Shown in pieces: positions 43,759 through 54,013 of a stretch of DNA of 64,000 bases. The stretch is from Gammaproteobacteria bacterium (lineage in GTDB: Bacteria; Pseudomonadota; Gammaproteobacteria; UBA4575). The notes under the pieces were generated by a model. It worked only from the letters and a program-made list of their open reading frames with translations, had not been told where the DNA came from and made no database searches. Position numbers and translations under genes: made by a program. Location: positions 544,001 through 608,000 of the forward strand of contig CBDCTA010000029.1 in NCBI GenBank assembly GCA_965221955.1, given 5' to 3'. The first letter of the stretch is position 1. The number at the start of each line of letters is the position of its first letter.

Positions 43759-45066
43759 ATGACTGAAAGAAGAAAGCGTCGTAATTTATCTTCTGGAGAT
43801 CGGATTGGCAAATACCAGTTAGATAAAATTATCCATCAAGGAAAATATCGGTCCATCTACAAAGCTTTTGATCCTTTTTTGGAACGTGATGTGGCGATTA
43901 AGGTTAGTCAGTTCCCTGATGATCAGCAAGGCGAAGAAAATTCTCAGCAACTTCGTAATTCATTTTTCTTAGAAACGCGTGCAGTAGGGCAATTACAACA
44001 TCCAAATATTGTCGCAGTCTATGATGCAGGAGTAGGGGATCGGCAAACTTTTATCGTAATGGAATATATTGAAGCGAAGAGTTTGGCATCAATAATGGAT
44101 GCTATAGGAAAGATTCAAGTGGCTAAAGCAATTGATATTGCTTTTAAGTGTTGCAAGGCACTTGAATATGCACATAGCAAAAATATTGTACATCGCGATA
44201 TCAAACCAGGGAATATCCTGATCACAGATGATGGCAATGTCAAAATTGTTGATTTTGGTGTGGCTAAAGTGCGTAGTGAAATTGATACATTTTCTAGCGG
44301 CTTATTTGGCTCACCTTTATATATGTCTCCTGAGCAAATTGAAGAGCAAGATGTTGGCCCAAGTACAGATTTATATGCTCTTGGTGTAGTGCTGTACGAA
44401 ATGCTAACGGGTGGTAGCATGTTCGAAGCTGATAATGTGCATACTTTAATGTATAAAATTTTGCATGAGAAACCCAAAACACTTGCTCAATGTGATGTGG
44501 AACATGCAGATAAGATACAACCAATTATTGATCAGGCATTAGAAAAAGAGCGTGACAAACGTTATCCTGCAGCAGCAGATTTCGCAGCTGCAATACGCAG
44601 TGTTGATATTGCTTTGCGATATGAAGAATCAGAAATTATTAAGCAGATCAGTGCAGATCAAGTGGGAATGGTTGGATTTTTTAAAGAATTTGATCAAAAG
44701 CAATTATCTGAATTTGTTGATCTGGCAACCTGGTTGAGAATAGCAGCAGATGAAACCATTATTTCTGCTGGTGAGATTGATCAAACATTTTATGTAATTG
44801 TTGGTGGTAGAGCCATTGTCTATAAACTAAACGAACCTGTAAAAACGCTTACTGAAGGTGATTGTTTTGGAGAAGTTGGATTGTTACGTAATAAAAATAG
44901 TAGTACGAGCATAATCGCAAATACTGATATGTTACTCATGAAACTTTCCACTTCTGACTTAGATAAAATGTCAACCAGCTTACAGGCGCAATTTTATAAA
45001 GCAGTAGCGCATTCAATTGTCAATCGTTTAGCGAATGATGAAGTTTCCACTGATAAAGCTGCCTAA
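43759..45066 (+). CDS. Hanks-type Ser/Thr kinase with C-terminal cyclic-nucleotide-binding-like domain
   Basis: VAIK, HRDIKPGN, DFG, YMSPE and DLYALG; C-terminal FYVIVGG...GDCFGE. Confidence 0.9.
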   Translation: MTERRKRRNLSSGDRIGKYQLDKIIHQGKYRSIYKAFDPFLERDVAIKVSQFPDDQQGEENSQQLRNSFFLETRAVGQLQHPNIVAVYDAGVGDRQTFIVMEYIEAKSLASIMDAIGKIQVAKAIDIAFKCCKALEYAHSKNIVHRDIKPGNILITDDGNVKIVDFGVAKVRSEIDTFSSGLFGSPLYMSPEQIEEQDVGPSTDLYALGVVLYEMLTGGSMFEADNVHTLMYKILHEKPKTLAQCDVEHADKIQPIIDQALEKERDKRYPAAADFAAAIRSVDIALRYEESEIIKQISADQVGMVGFFKEFDQKQLSEFVDLATWLRIAADETIISAGEIDQTFYVIVGGRAIVYKLNEPVKTLTEGDCFGEVGLLRNKNSSTSIIANTDMLLMKLSTSDLDKMSTSLQAQFYKAVAHSIVNRLANDEVSTDKAA

Positions 45067-45144
45067 TTAAAGTAAAATTCTTTTTTTAAATAATTTTAAT
45101 CATTTTTAGAAATCCTAGTTTTCTACCGAAAAAGAGCTTAGCTG

Positions 45145-45738
45145 TTGTCTTCGAGTTTAGTGAAGCTGCCTTTATTTCCACTGAATGCCGTTATTTTTCC
45201 CGGTGGTGCATTGCCGTTACGTATTTTTGAACCGCGTTATTTAGATATGGTGAAAGAATGCATGCGTAATGAACATGGGTTTGGTATAGCCTTGATAAAA
45301 AATGGTAAAGAATCCGGTAAAGCGGCAAAAGTGTATAAAACAGGAACAGAATGTCGTATTGGGGATTGGGAAACTTTGCCAGATGGTCTTTTAGGTATCA
45401 CCGCTTATGGAGAGCGTAAAATTCATATTGAAGATACCCATATTGAGAGCAACCAGCTGCTGATGGGTGATATTCAATATCTAGAAGAAAATCCTGACTC
45501 AGAGCTGCCTGAAGAGTTCGAAGAATTACGCGCTATACTGCAAGACATCATTACCCAAATAGGTAAGCCCTATACTAGTCTCCCGGCCCATTATGATCAC
45601 GCGGGTTGGGTAGGTGCTCGTCTTACGGAACTGTTACCTCTACAATCAGCAACTAAACAACGGCTCTTAGAGATCGACGACCATATTGTGCGTTTATATC
45701 ATCTTAAGGAAGCTATGCAGGAATCTAAATTTTTATAA
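45145..45738 (+). CDS. Lon N-terminal (substrate-binding) domain protein
   Basis: LPLFPL, FPGGALPLRIFEPRYLDMV and KQRLLE motifs. Confidence 0.9.
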   Translation: MSSSLVKLPLFPLNAVIFPGGALPLRIFEPRYLDMVKECMRNEHGFGIALIKNGKESGKAAKVYKTGTECRIGDWETLPDGLLGITAYGERKIHIEDTHIESNQLLMGDIQYLEENPDSELPEEFEELRAILQDIITQIGKPYTSLPAHYDHAGWVGARLTELLPLQSATKQRLLEIDDHIVRLYHLKEAMQESKFL

Positions 45739-45752
45739 CCAAGGAGAATAAT

Positions 45753-46130
45753 GTGGCAACGATTGCCTTAACTAAGGATAACTTTAACGAGACGATTGAA
45801 AATAACGACACAGTTATTATCGATTTTTGGGCATCATGGTGTGGCCCGTGTAAATCATTTGCGCCTACTTTTGAAACGGCATCTGATAATCACGAAGATG
45901 TGGTATTTGCCAAAGTGAATACAGAAGAACAACAAGAATTAGCTCAAGCCTGTAATATTCGTTCTATTCCAACTTTAATGATATTTCGTGAACAAATCTT
46001 ATTGTACTCACAAGCAGGTGCGTTACCCCCAGCGCAGTTGGAAGATATTATCGATAAAACGAAATCTCTGGATATGGATCAAGTTAGGGCGGATATAGAA
46101 AAGCAAAATAAAGAATCTAAAGAAGCTTAA
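45753..46130 (+). CDS. Thioredoxin
   Basis: DFWASWCGPC and IRSIPT motifs. Confidence 0.95.
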   Translation: MATIALTKDNFNETIENNDTVIIDFWASWCGPCKSFAPTFETASDNHEDVVFAKVNTEEQQELAQACNIRSIPTLMIFREQILLYSQAGALPPAQLEDIIDKTKSLDMDQVRADIEKQNKESKEA

Positions 46131-46149
46131 TAACATAATCAGGATATAA

Positions 46150-47985
46150 ATGACCCAAATTAGTAGTATCGACAAAACTTCTGAAGAGATTTCAGATACC
46201 GTTCCAGAGCGATACACAGTGCGCCATGTGTTAAACATGGCGCTTACACATAAAAAAGAACTCGTCTCAGCTCATGTTATTGCAATTATTGCAGTACTTG
46301 CGAGTATCCCAATCCCTTTGCTGATCCCGCTTTTAATAGATGAGGTATTGCTGGATAAGCCAGGGAAAGTGGTTGCCACGGTTGGTCAATTTTTTCCAGA
46401 GTCCTTACATAGTCCATTTCTTTATATTATCGCGCTCACAGCAGTATGCATTGTCTTGCGTATAACTTATCTATTGTTAAATGTTTGGCAAACTAAAAAG
46501 TTTGTTGGAGTTGCAAAAGATATTATATATCGCATTCGTTATCAGTTATTGAATCGACTTAAATCTGTCGCGATGTCTGAATATGAAACCCTAGGTGGTG
46601 GAGCGGTTTCATCAAAGTTTGTAACCGATCTTAATACTGTAGATCAGTTTGCTGGGGAAACCGTAAGTAAGTTTTTAGTCGCCGCTTTGACTATTGTGGG
46701 TGTGGCAGGAGTTTTAATCTGGCTGCATTGGCAACTCGCACTATTTATTTTATTTGTAAATCCATTAGTGATTTACATAACGATGCTGATTGGTAAAAAA
46801 GTAAAAGAGCTTAAGAAAAAAGAAAATAAATCTTTTGAAAAATTTCAACAATCATTGACTGAAACGCTAGACGGAATTCAACAAATTCGTGCCAGTAATC
46901 GTGAAGGCTATTATTTGGACCGGGTTCGAAAAAATGCAGAAAAAGTCAAACAGCATTCGACTGCATTTTCGTGGAAGAGTGATGCAGCCAATCGTCTTTC
47001 ATTCTCGGTATTTTTAATTGGTTTTGATATTTTCCGAGCGGTAAGTATGGCCATGGTGTTACTTTCGGATCTGAGTATTGGAGAAATGATTGCTGTATTT
47101 GGATACCTTTGGTTCATGATGGGCCCAGTGCAAGAAGTACTCAATATTCAATATTCTTTCTATGGAGCGAAGGCGGCATTGGGGCGTATAAATGAACTAA
47201 TGCACTTACCCAGAGAACCACAGTACCCTCATATTGAAAATCCATTTGTAGATAAACATTCTGTTAGTGTACAAGTGGATGATATTAAATTTGCTTACGG
47301 AGATGGACCTTATGTATTAGATGGGGTCAATCTTTCAATTCAAGCTGGAGAAAAAGTAGCATTAGTAGGTGCCAGTGGAGGTGGAAAATCTACTTTAGTG
47401 CAAGTGTTGTTAGGTTTATATCCGCCTTTATTTGGAGAAATAAAGTTCGACCAAGTACCCGTGTCCCGTATCGGTATGGATATTGTGCGTGAGCATGTGG
47501 CGTGCGTCTTACAGCATCCAGCCTTGTTTAATGACACCGTGCGAATGAATTTAACTTTGGGCCGAGAAGTGCCCGATGCGGTCTTGTGGCGTGTATTAGA
47601 AGTCGCTCAGATCAAAGATGTTGTAGAAACTATGCCAAGAGGTTTAGATAGTTTGATCGGTGTGGATGGTATTCGTTTATCGGGTGGTCAAAGACAACGT
47701 ATAGCCATCGCAAGAATGGCACTTACGAATCCGCAAGTAGTAATTCTAGACGAAGCCACTTCAGCTTTAGATGCAGAAACGGAAGCTAAATTACATATTG
47801 CGTTAGCGGATTATCTTCAAGGACGCACGATGATCATTGTTGCGCATCGGTTAAGTGCAGTGAAACAAGCCGATACTGTTTATGTATTTGAGGATGGGAA
47901 AATTACCGAGCAAGGGGAACATGATGAGTTGCTTGTTGCTAATGGGCTTTATGCAAAATTATATGGTCAGCATCAGACGGCATAA
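46150..47985 (+). CDS. ABC exporter, fused permease/ATPase
   Basis: TM domain followed by GASGGGKS, LSGGQRQR, ILDEATS and AHRL. Confidence 0.93.
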   Translation: MTQISSIDKTSEEISDTVPERYTVRHVLNMALTHKKELVSAHVIAIIAVLASIPIPLLIPLLIDEVLLDKPGKVVATVGQFFPESLHSPFLYIIALTAVCIVLRITYLLLNVWQTKKFVGVAKDIIYRIRYQLLNRLKSVAMSEYETLGGGAVSSKFVTDLNTVDQFAGETVSKFLVAALTIVGVAGVLIWLHWQLALFILFVNPLVIYITMLIGKKVKELKKKENKSFEKFQQSLTETLDGIQQIRASNREGYYLDRVRKNAEKVKQHSTAFSWKSDAANRLSFSVFLIGFDIFRAVSMAMVLLSDLSIGEMIAVFGYLWFMMGPVQEVLNIQYSFYGAKAALGRINELMHLPREPQYPHIENPFVDKHSVSVQVDDIKFAYGDGPYVLDGVNLSIQAGEKVALVGASGGGKSTLVQVLLGLYPPLFGEIKFDQVPVSRIGMDIVREHVACVLQHPALFNDTVRMNLTLGREVPDAVLWRVLEVAQIKDVVETMPRGLDSLIGVDGIRLSGGQRQRIAIARMALTNPQVVILDEATSALDAETEAKLHIALADYLQGRTMIIVAHRLSAVKQADTVYVFEDGKITEQGEHDELLVANGLYAKLYGQHQTA

Positions 47986-48012
47986 ATTCAACTAGAAAGT
48001 TTGTGGTTCTTG

Positions 48013-48375
48013 ATGCAACCCATTATTAAAAAATATAATTTTGCAAATGAGTTTTATTTTGAAGAAGGTTGTTACATCACAGAGCTTTCAAATTCTGAGG
48101 ATGATCCAGGTTTATCCATTGCAAGAGCGCGTGTTGAACCAGGGGTTACTACAAAATTACACAAACTATTAAATATAGTTGAGCGCTATGTAATATTAGA
48201 AGGTACCGGTATTGTTGAGATAGGTGAGCAACTGTCTCAGAAAGTTACAAAGGGAGATGTTGTCATTATCCCTGCAAATTGCGCGCAGAAAATTATGAAT
48301 GATGGTTTATCTGACCTGGTCTTTCTTGCAATCTGTACTCCCCAATTTAAGCTTAAACATTATTTAGAAGTGTAA
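48013..48375 (+). CDS. Cupin domain protein
   Basis: ARVEPG..HKL..ERYVILEGTG, GDVVIIP and FLAICTP motifs; ATG at 48013. Confidence 0.85.
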   Translation: MQPIIKKYNFANEFYFEEGCYITELSNSEDDPGLSIARARVEPGVTTKLHKLLNIVERYVILEGTGIVEIGEQLSQKVTKGDVVIIPANCAQKIMNDGLSDLVFLAICTPQFKLKHYLEV

Positions 48376-48709
48376 GCATAAAATATATCTTAGGCTTATT
48401 GCGGGTTCAGATAATTGTGGAATGTAACAGTCTTAGGAGTCTTGAAGGTTGAAAGAATTTTTCGTGTGACTGAGTTGGCAAAATATGTATTTATTTCCAC
48501 AATTATTATTATTGAATCTAAATTCAGAATGAATTGTAACGAGGTATATCCACATAAACACACATTGTTTCAATAAGTTATGAGCAGTTGTTTGCTCACA
48601 CATTTAAATACATAAGTGCATGAATTAAATGGCGTTTTTAGTGATTTTTTAACTTACTTAAGTATAATCACCGGTATTGAAATCCAGATAAACGGAGAGT
48701 GAGGGAGTT

Positions 48710-49384
48710 ATGAAAATAGAAAATCTTGGGGCTTTATTAATTGCAGCAATCCTGCTCGGATTCAGTGCAAATTCACATGCTATTTCTATTTCAACTACTG
48801 GATCAGGTAGTATGTTTGGGGATAATTACAGTTATTTATTTACTATTGAAACAACAGGTAATCCATTTGATTTAGATGCAACGCTTACTAATACTTCGCC
48901 GATGGGTTCAAATGCAAATATCGATGCGTTTGCATTTAACACTACACCGACTTTTAGTTGTTGTGGCATCTTAGATACTATATTTATACAAAACATTTCA
49001 CCTAGTTGGACTTTTTCTGAAGCAGGTGGAGGCATTCAGTTTGATTATGTTGGCAATGCGGTGAATGCACCTATGAATGCAAACAGACTATCTTCTGGTG
49101 AATCTCTTGTTTTTACAATGAATTTTGCAGGTGTTGGGCCTGCCCAGCTATCTTGGTTTACAGATTCAAATGAAAGCACAGGTATGGGCTTTGGCGGTGG
49201 AGAAGATAGTGGACAAGTCTGCACAAGCTTTCAATCATTGGGTGATGATACTGAAGGAAGTGATTTAGTCTGTTCTAATTGGGAGCGAGATACTACTGAA
49301 GTACCTGAACCTACTTCAATGGCATTGATGGGATTGGGTTTAGTTGGGTTAGGTCTAACGCGCCGAAAAAGAAAATTAAGCTGA
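48710..49384 (+). CDS. PEP-CTERM exosortase-target surface protein
   Basis: Signal peptide, Ser/Thr/Gly/Asn-rich body and C-terminal VPEPTS-TM-RRKRK. Confidence 0.92.
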   Translation: MKIENLGALLIAAILLGFSANSHAISISTTGSGSMFGDNYSYLFTIETTGNPFDLDATLTNTSPMGSNANIDAFAFNTTPTFSCCGILDTIFIQNISPSWTFSEAGGGIQFDYVGNAVNAPMNANRLSSGESLVFTMNFAGVGPAQLSWFTDSNESTGMGFGGGEDSGQVCTSFQSLGDDTEGSDLVCSNWERDTTEVPEPTSMALMGLGLVGLGLTRRKRKLS

Positions 49385-49418
49385 AAAAGTTAAGCTAAAT
49401 ACATTCTCTTCTTATTTT

Positions 49419-49447
49419 AAAAAGCCTCGCGATGCGAGGCTTTTTTT
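49419..49447. terminator. Bidirectional intrinsic terminator
   Basis: AAAAAGCCTCGC-GAT-GCGAGGCTTTTTTT between the convergent PEP-CTERM gene and hemL. Confidence 0.88.
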
Positions 49448-49469
49448 GTCTTTGTGCTTTTTTAAAAAA

Positions 49470-50750
49470 TTAAATATTTGCAAAGGCTTTATCAGCCATT
49501 TCTATCGTTTTTTCGATATCTTTTTCGGTATGCGCGGCAGACATGAACCCCGCTTCATAAGAAGAAGGCGCAAGGTATACACCTTGGTCTAACATGCTGT
49601 GAAAGAACTTATTGAAGTGGTCTTGGTTGCAAGCAGTAACTTGAGAAAAAGAAGTAATTTTTTCTTCTTCAGTAAAAAATAACCCAAACATTCCGGTTAC
49701 ATAATTTGTAGTGAGTGGAATATTGTTTTTACTTGCAGCCTCAAGCATGCCATCGACGAGTGACCTTGTTTTGCGATTTAATTGATCATGAAATCCGCGT
49801 TCGGAAAGTAGTTTGAGTGTAGTGAGCCCAGCGGTCATAGCGATAGGGTTTCCGGACAAGGTGCCTGCCTGATACACGGGACCAACAGGTGCTAAAGAAT
49901 CCATAATGGCACGTTCTCCGCCGAGTGCTCCCACTGGCATACCGCCGCCTAAAATTTTACCGAGTGTAGTTAAATCAGGTATCACTTTATAAAGTTGTTG
50001 TGCGCCACCTTTGGCTACACGAAACCCTGTCATCACCTCGTCAAAAATTAATATTGATTTGTATTCAGAACATAGTTTACGTAAGCCTTGTAAGAAACCT
50101 TTAATAGGTGGGATGCAATTCATATTGCCCGCGATGGGTTCGACAATGACGCAGGCAATTTCTTCGCCTAGATCTGCAAATACCTTTTCAACCTCTTCTA
50201 AATCGTTGTAGGTGAGGGTAATCGTGTTTTCTGCAGTTTCGTCTGGTACCCCCGGAGAACTTGGTACACCAAGTGTGAGTGCTCCAGAACCGGCTTTGAC
50301 TAACAATGCATCTCCATGTCCATGGTAACAGCCTTCAAACTTAATGATTTTATTGCGACCCGTGTGTCCACGCGCTAAACGTATCGCACTCATAGTAGCT
50401 TCTGTGCCTGAGCTGGTCATACGGACCACCTCTATAGATTCAATCAGCTCACAGACGAGCTTGGCCATTTCAGTTTCAATTTCGGTTGGAGTGCCAAAAC
50501 TTAAGCCATGCTGTGCAGCTTGTTGTACAGCTTCAATCACTTCAGAGTGGGCATGGCCTAAAATCATTGGCCCCCAGGAGCCAACGTAATCGATATATTC
50601 TTTATCATGGATATCATAAATATGTGCGCCATGCGCACGTTTGATAAACACGGGGGCGCCGCCCACGGCTTTGAATGCACGAACCGGTGAATTCACACCA
50701 CCAGGAATATATTTTTGGGCTTCTTCAAAAGCCTGTTCTGAAGTAGTCAT
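49470..50750 (-). CDS. hemL: Glutamate-1-semialdehyde aminomutase
   Basis: [27 protein letters not shown] and [10 protein letters not shown] motifs. Confidence 0.98.
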   Translation of the reverse strand: MTTSEQAFEEAQKYIPGGVNSPVRAFKAVGGAPVFIKRAHGAHIYDIHDKEYIDYVGSWGPMILGHAHSEVIEAVQQAAQHGLSFGTPTEIETEMAKLVCELIESIEVVRMTSSGTEATMSAIRLARGHTGRNKIIKFEGCYHGHGDALLVKAGSGALTLGVPSSPGVPDETAENTITLTYNDLEEVEKVFADLGEEIACVIVEPIAGNMNCIPPIKGFLQGLRKLCSEYKSILIFDEVMTGFRVAKGGAQQLYKVIPDLTTLGKILGGGMPVGALGGERAIMDSLAPVGPVYQAGTLSGNPIAMTAGLTTLKLLSERGFHDQLNRKTRSLVDGMLEAASKNNIPLTTNYVTGMFGLFFTEEEKITSFSQVTACNQDHFNKFFHSMLDQGVYLAPSSYEAGFMSAAHTEKDIEKTIEMADKAFANI

Positions 50751-50773
50751 AGGTTTGACTTAACGTTAGGTGA

Positions 50774-51391
50774 TTAAATTTGTGACAAATATTCTTGCAC
50801 AGCTTGCGTTGGAGATGAAGCGTTAAAAATACTACTAATTACTGCAATCATATCAGCTCCTGCAGTAATTAAATCAGAAGCATTGTCTACTGTAATTCCT
50901 CCAATTGCACAAATTGGAGTCGAAAATGTATATTTTGCGTGTTTAAGTAATTCTATTTCAGCTCTAGGTGCATTGGGTTTAGTGGTCGATGGAAAAAAAC
51001 TACCAAAGGCAATGTAATCTGCAGAGGCATCAATTGCGGGTTTGGCATTTTCGAAGTTTGCGTAACAGGATGCGCCGATAATTTTATCTTTGCCTAAATT
51101 TTTTCTTGCCAATTCAATTGATGTGTCATCTTTTCCTAAGTGCACACCGTCTGCGTCTATAGTGGACGCGAGTTCTAAGTCGTCATTAATGATAAGTAAG
51201 CTTTGATGAGTGCTCGTCAAAGTTCGTAATTGATTCGCAATTTCGTATTTTTTAGTTGCTTGGTTTATTTTGTCTCGATACTGAATGATGTGTACCCCTG
51301 CAGACAATACTTCTTGTGTTTTAGAAATAATTTCATCTGTGCCGATACAGGCAGCATCAACAATTACATATAAGCCTTGAAGTTTTTGCAT
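50774..51391 (-). CDS. thiE: Thiamine-phosphate synthase (likely start MQKLQGLY)
   Basis: QYRDK, IINDD, DGVHLG, STTKP and AIGGI motifs. Confidence 0.94.
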   Translation of the reverse strand: MQKLQGLYVIVDAACIGTDEIISKTQEVLSAGVHIIQYRDKINQATKKYEIANQLRTLTSTHQSLLIINDDLELASTIDADGVHLGKDDTSIELARKNLGKDKIIGASCYANFENAKPAIDASADYIAFGSFFPSTTKPNAPRAEIELLKHAKYTFSTPICAIGGITVDNASDLITAGADMIAVISSIFNASSPTQAVQEYLSQI

Positions 51392-51411
51392 GAAGATTGT
51401 TGCTTGGCTAA

Positions 51412-52203
51412 TTATTTTAGCCAGTGAAAACGGTTTGGTATTTTTTGCCCCATGCCGAGTTGATATGCATCTTCCAAGGATTTCCATGTATATTCTTGGG
51501 CTTGATGCGTAGCCGAGACAATATCTTGTCCACGTGCGATGTTTGCGGCAATGGCAGCCGCGAGTGTGCAGCCAGAACCATGGTAGCTATCTGGTAAACG
51601 AGGCCACGTGTGAGTATCGAGTTTACGATTATTGCCATATAAAACATTACACACGTCATTTGTTTTTTCATGACTACCTGTAATGAGTGCATAATGTGCA
51701 CCGCGTTCTAAAAGCGCCATGGCGCATGCATTTAAGGTGTCACCTTCAGGCGCTAAACGTCTTGCTTCATCACTATTCGGCGTAACAATCGTTGCGAGTG
51801 GGACTAACAAAGTGTTGATGGCATCCACGACATCTTCATTGGCTAACACTTTGCCACCACCTGCAACGATGATAGGGTCTAACACCACAGGAATGGTTTC
51901 ATAATCTGTAAGTAAAGTGTGAATCGCCATTGCGGTCGTATCACTTACAATTAAACCGATCTTAATTGCAGCTATATTCATATCTTCTAAAATAATGCGT
52001 GCTTGTTGAATGATAAAATGTTCATTGATTTGAGTGGTATCTACGACATTGGTAGTATCTTGAGCCGTTACAGAACTTATAACGGGTGCAGCGTGGCATC
52101 CGAGGCTTGCAATCGTTTCTATGTCAGCTTGAATACCCGCGCCTCCTGTAGGGTCCGCTCCTGAAATGGTCATTACTACAGGTGGTTTAATGAATGAATT
52201 CAT
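51412..52203 (-). CDS. thiD: Hydroxymethylpyrimidine/phosphomethylpyrimidine kinase
   Basis: GADPTGGAGIQAD, VLDP, TPN and HGSGCTLA motifs. Confidence 0.93.
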   Translation of the reverse strand: MNSFIKPPVVMTISGADPTGGAGIQADIETIASLGCHAAPVISSVTAQDTTNVVDTTQINEHFIIQQARIILEDMNIAAIKIGLIVSDTTAMAIHTLLTDYETIPVVLDPIIVAGGGKVLANEDVVDAINTLLVPLATIVTPNSDEARRLAPEGDTLNACAMALLERGAHYALITGSHEKTNDVCNVLYGNNRKLDTHTWPRLPDSYHGSGCTLAAAIAANIARGQDIVSATHQAQEYTWKSLEDAYQLGMGQKIPNRFHWLK

Positions 52204-52232
52204 AACTTAACGGATATAAGTAAGAAACATTT

Positions 52233-52403
52233 ATGCAGTATAAAACATATATGTGTGTGATATGTGGTTGGATTTATGACGAAGCTAAAGGTGCGCCGGA
52301 AGAAGGTATCGCGCCCGGTACACGCTGGGAAGAGATCCCTTTTAATTGGAAATGTCCGGAATGTGGGGCGATGAAAGATGATTTCCAGCTTGTCGAAATT
52401 TGA
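52233..52403 (+). CDS. Rubredoxin (56 aa; absent from the ORF track)
   Basis: Manual translation [56 protein letters not shown], with two CxxCG motifs; divergent from thiD. Confidence 0.95.
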   Translation: MQYKTYMCVICGWIYDEAKGAPEEGIAPGTRWEEIPFNWKCPECGAMKDDFQLVEI

Positions 52404-52413
52404 GAGTAGAGGT

Positions 52414-52971
52414 TTAATTTTTTAGCTGTCGATTTAAATAAGCAATTTTTGCTGAATGTTCTAGTGAGCAAGTCCATTTATAGGCTAAGTTAATTGTCTC
52501 TGCGCAGGCATATACACCATGCCCGCTTACAACAGTAATGCAATACTCGCTTAAAGTATTTGCAACCAGTTGTGGGGATAACTCTGAGTAATCATCAAAT
52601 GCAATGCTATGTACAGGAACCGTTGGAAAATAAAGTTTGCCTTCAAAGTCTTCAGGGCTAAAGTCATCGCCATTCATAGTTAAGGCAATTGTATGTGGTC
52701 CATGGCTATGAAATACCGCTCGAGCATTCGCATTTTGTTTGTAAATTTCGATATGCAGTTTTGCATCAAAAGATGCATTTTCACCACAAGTACCATCTAT
52801 TGAACAAGCAATTAGATCATCTGTTTGAAGTGTATCTGCACAAGCCCCTGTAGGTGTTACCCAAACAGTGTTGCCATCGCGGACCGAAGCATTGCCACTA
52901 TGCGAGTCGTTATATCCATACTTGCGTAGCCAGCCATAATGTTGAACCAGTTCTTGTTTTAATGCCGTCAT
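52414..52971 (-). CDS. Class II aldolase/adducin family protein
   Basis: GNASVR, VTPTG, S.DAKLH, HSH and GHGVYA motifs. Confidence 0.9.
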   Translation of the reverse strand: MTALKQELVQHYGWLRKYGYNDSHSGNASVRDGNTVWVTPTGACADTLQTDDLIACSIDGTCGENASFDAKLHIEIYKQNANARAVFHSHGPHTIALTMNGDDFSPEDFEGKLYFPTVPVHSIAFDDYSELSPQLVANTLSEYCITVVSGHGVYACAETINLAYKWTCSLEHSAKIAYLNRQLKN

Positions 52972-53068
52972 TTATAAATACACTTTATTTTTTTGTTATT
53001 TCACTGATACTCTACATTCTAAGCTACTGCGCCAAAATAATTTTACGAATACATAAAAAGGAATAAAA

Positions 53069-54001
53069 ATGTCAGCACTAATCTGTGGTTCTCTTGCATT
53101 CGATACGATCATGGTTTTTCCAGATCGCTTCAAAGAGCATATCTTGCCAGAGAAGGTACATATACTAAACGTTTCATTTATGGTGCCACAAATGCGTCGT
53201 GAGTTTGGGGGTTGTTCTGGCAATATCGCCTATAACTTAAATTTACTGGGTGGCGATGGTTTCCCCATGGGAACCGTAGGACAAGATTTTGATCCTTATG
53301 CGAAGTGGATGTCAGATTGTGGGATTGATCAAAAATATATTAAAAAGCTTGATAGTGAATACACGGCGCAGGCTTTTATCACTACTGATTTAGACGACAA
53401 TCAAATTACGGCTTTTCATCCTGGTGCAATGAACAATGCACATGAAAATAGTATTCCAGCTCAAGATGGAATTTCATTAGCCTTAATTTCACCTGATGGT
53501 AAAGACGGTATGGTGCAACATGCGCAACAATGTGTGGATGCTGGTATTCCATTTATGTTTGATCCTGGGCAAGGCATGCCGATGTTTGACGGCGAAGAGT
53601 TGCTAAAGTTTGTTGAGCAAGCAACTTATGTTTGTGTGAATGACTATGAATCACAACTACTACAAGAACGAACGGGTTTATCTATTCAACAAATAGCGGA
53701 AAAAGTTGAAGCTGCCATCGTTACGCGTGGGGGGGAAGGGTCCATCATTCATACGAATAGCAGTTCTATTGAAATTCCTGCAGTCAAAGCAAGTTCAGTA
53801 CAAGATCCAACGGGTTGCGGAGATGCTTACCGTGGAGGCCTGATTTACGGTTTGATGAATCACTTAGATTGGGAAGTAACAGGTCGCATTGCAGCGTTGA
53901 TGGGTGCGATTAAAGTTGCTCACAATGGTACCCAGAACCATAAGTTTTCTCTTAGTGAATTTAAAGATCAGTATAAGAAAGAATTTGGACAAGCTTTTTA
54001 G
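53069..54001 (+). CDS. PfkB-family nucleoside/carbohydrate kinase (adenosine kinase-like)
   Basis: GSLAFD, GGCSGNIAY, FDPGQ and DPTGCGDAYRGG motifs. Confidence 0.92.
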   Translation: MSALICGSLAFDTIMVFPDRFKEHILPEKVHILNVSFMVPQMRREFGGCSGNIAYNLNLLGGDGFPMGTVGQDFDPYAKWMSDCGIDQKYIKKLDSEYTAQAFITTDLDDNQITAFHPGAMNNAHENSIPAQDGISLALISPDGKDGMVQHAQQCVDAGIPFMFDPGQGMPMFDGEELLKFVEQATYVCVNDYESQLLQERTGLSIQQIAEKVEAAIVTRGGEGSIIHTNSSSIEIPAVKASSVQDPTGCGDAYRGGLIYGLMNHLDWEVTGRIAALMGAIKVAHNGTQNHKFSLSEFKDQYKKEFGQAF

Positions 54002-54013
54002 TAAGTTGCCCAT

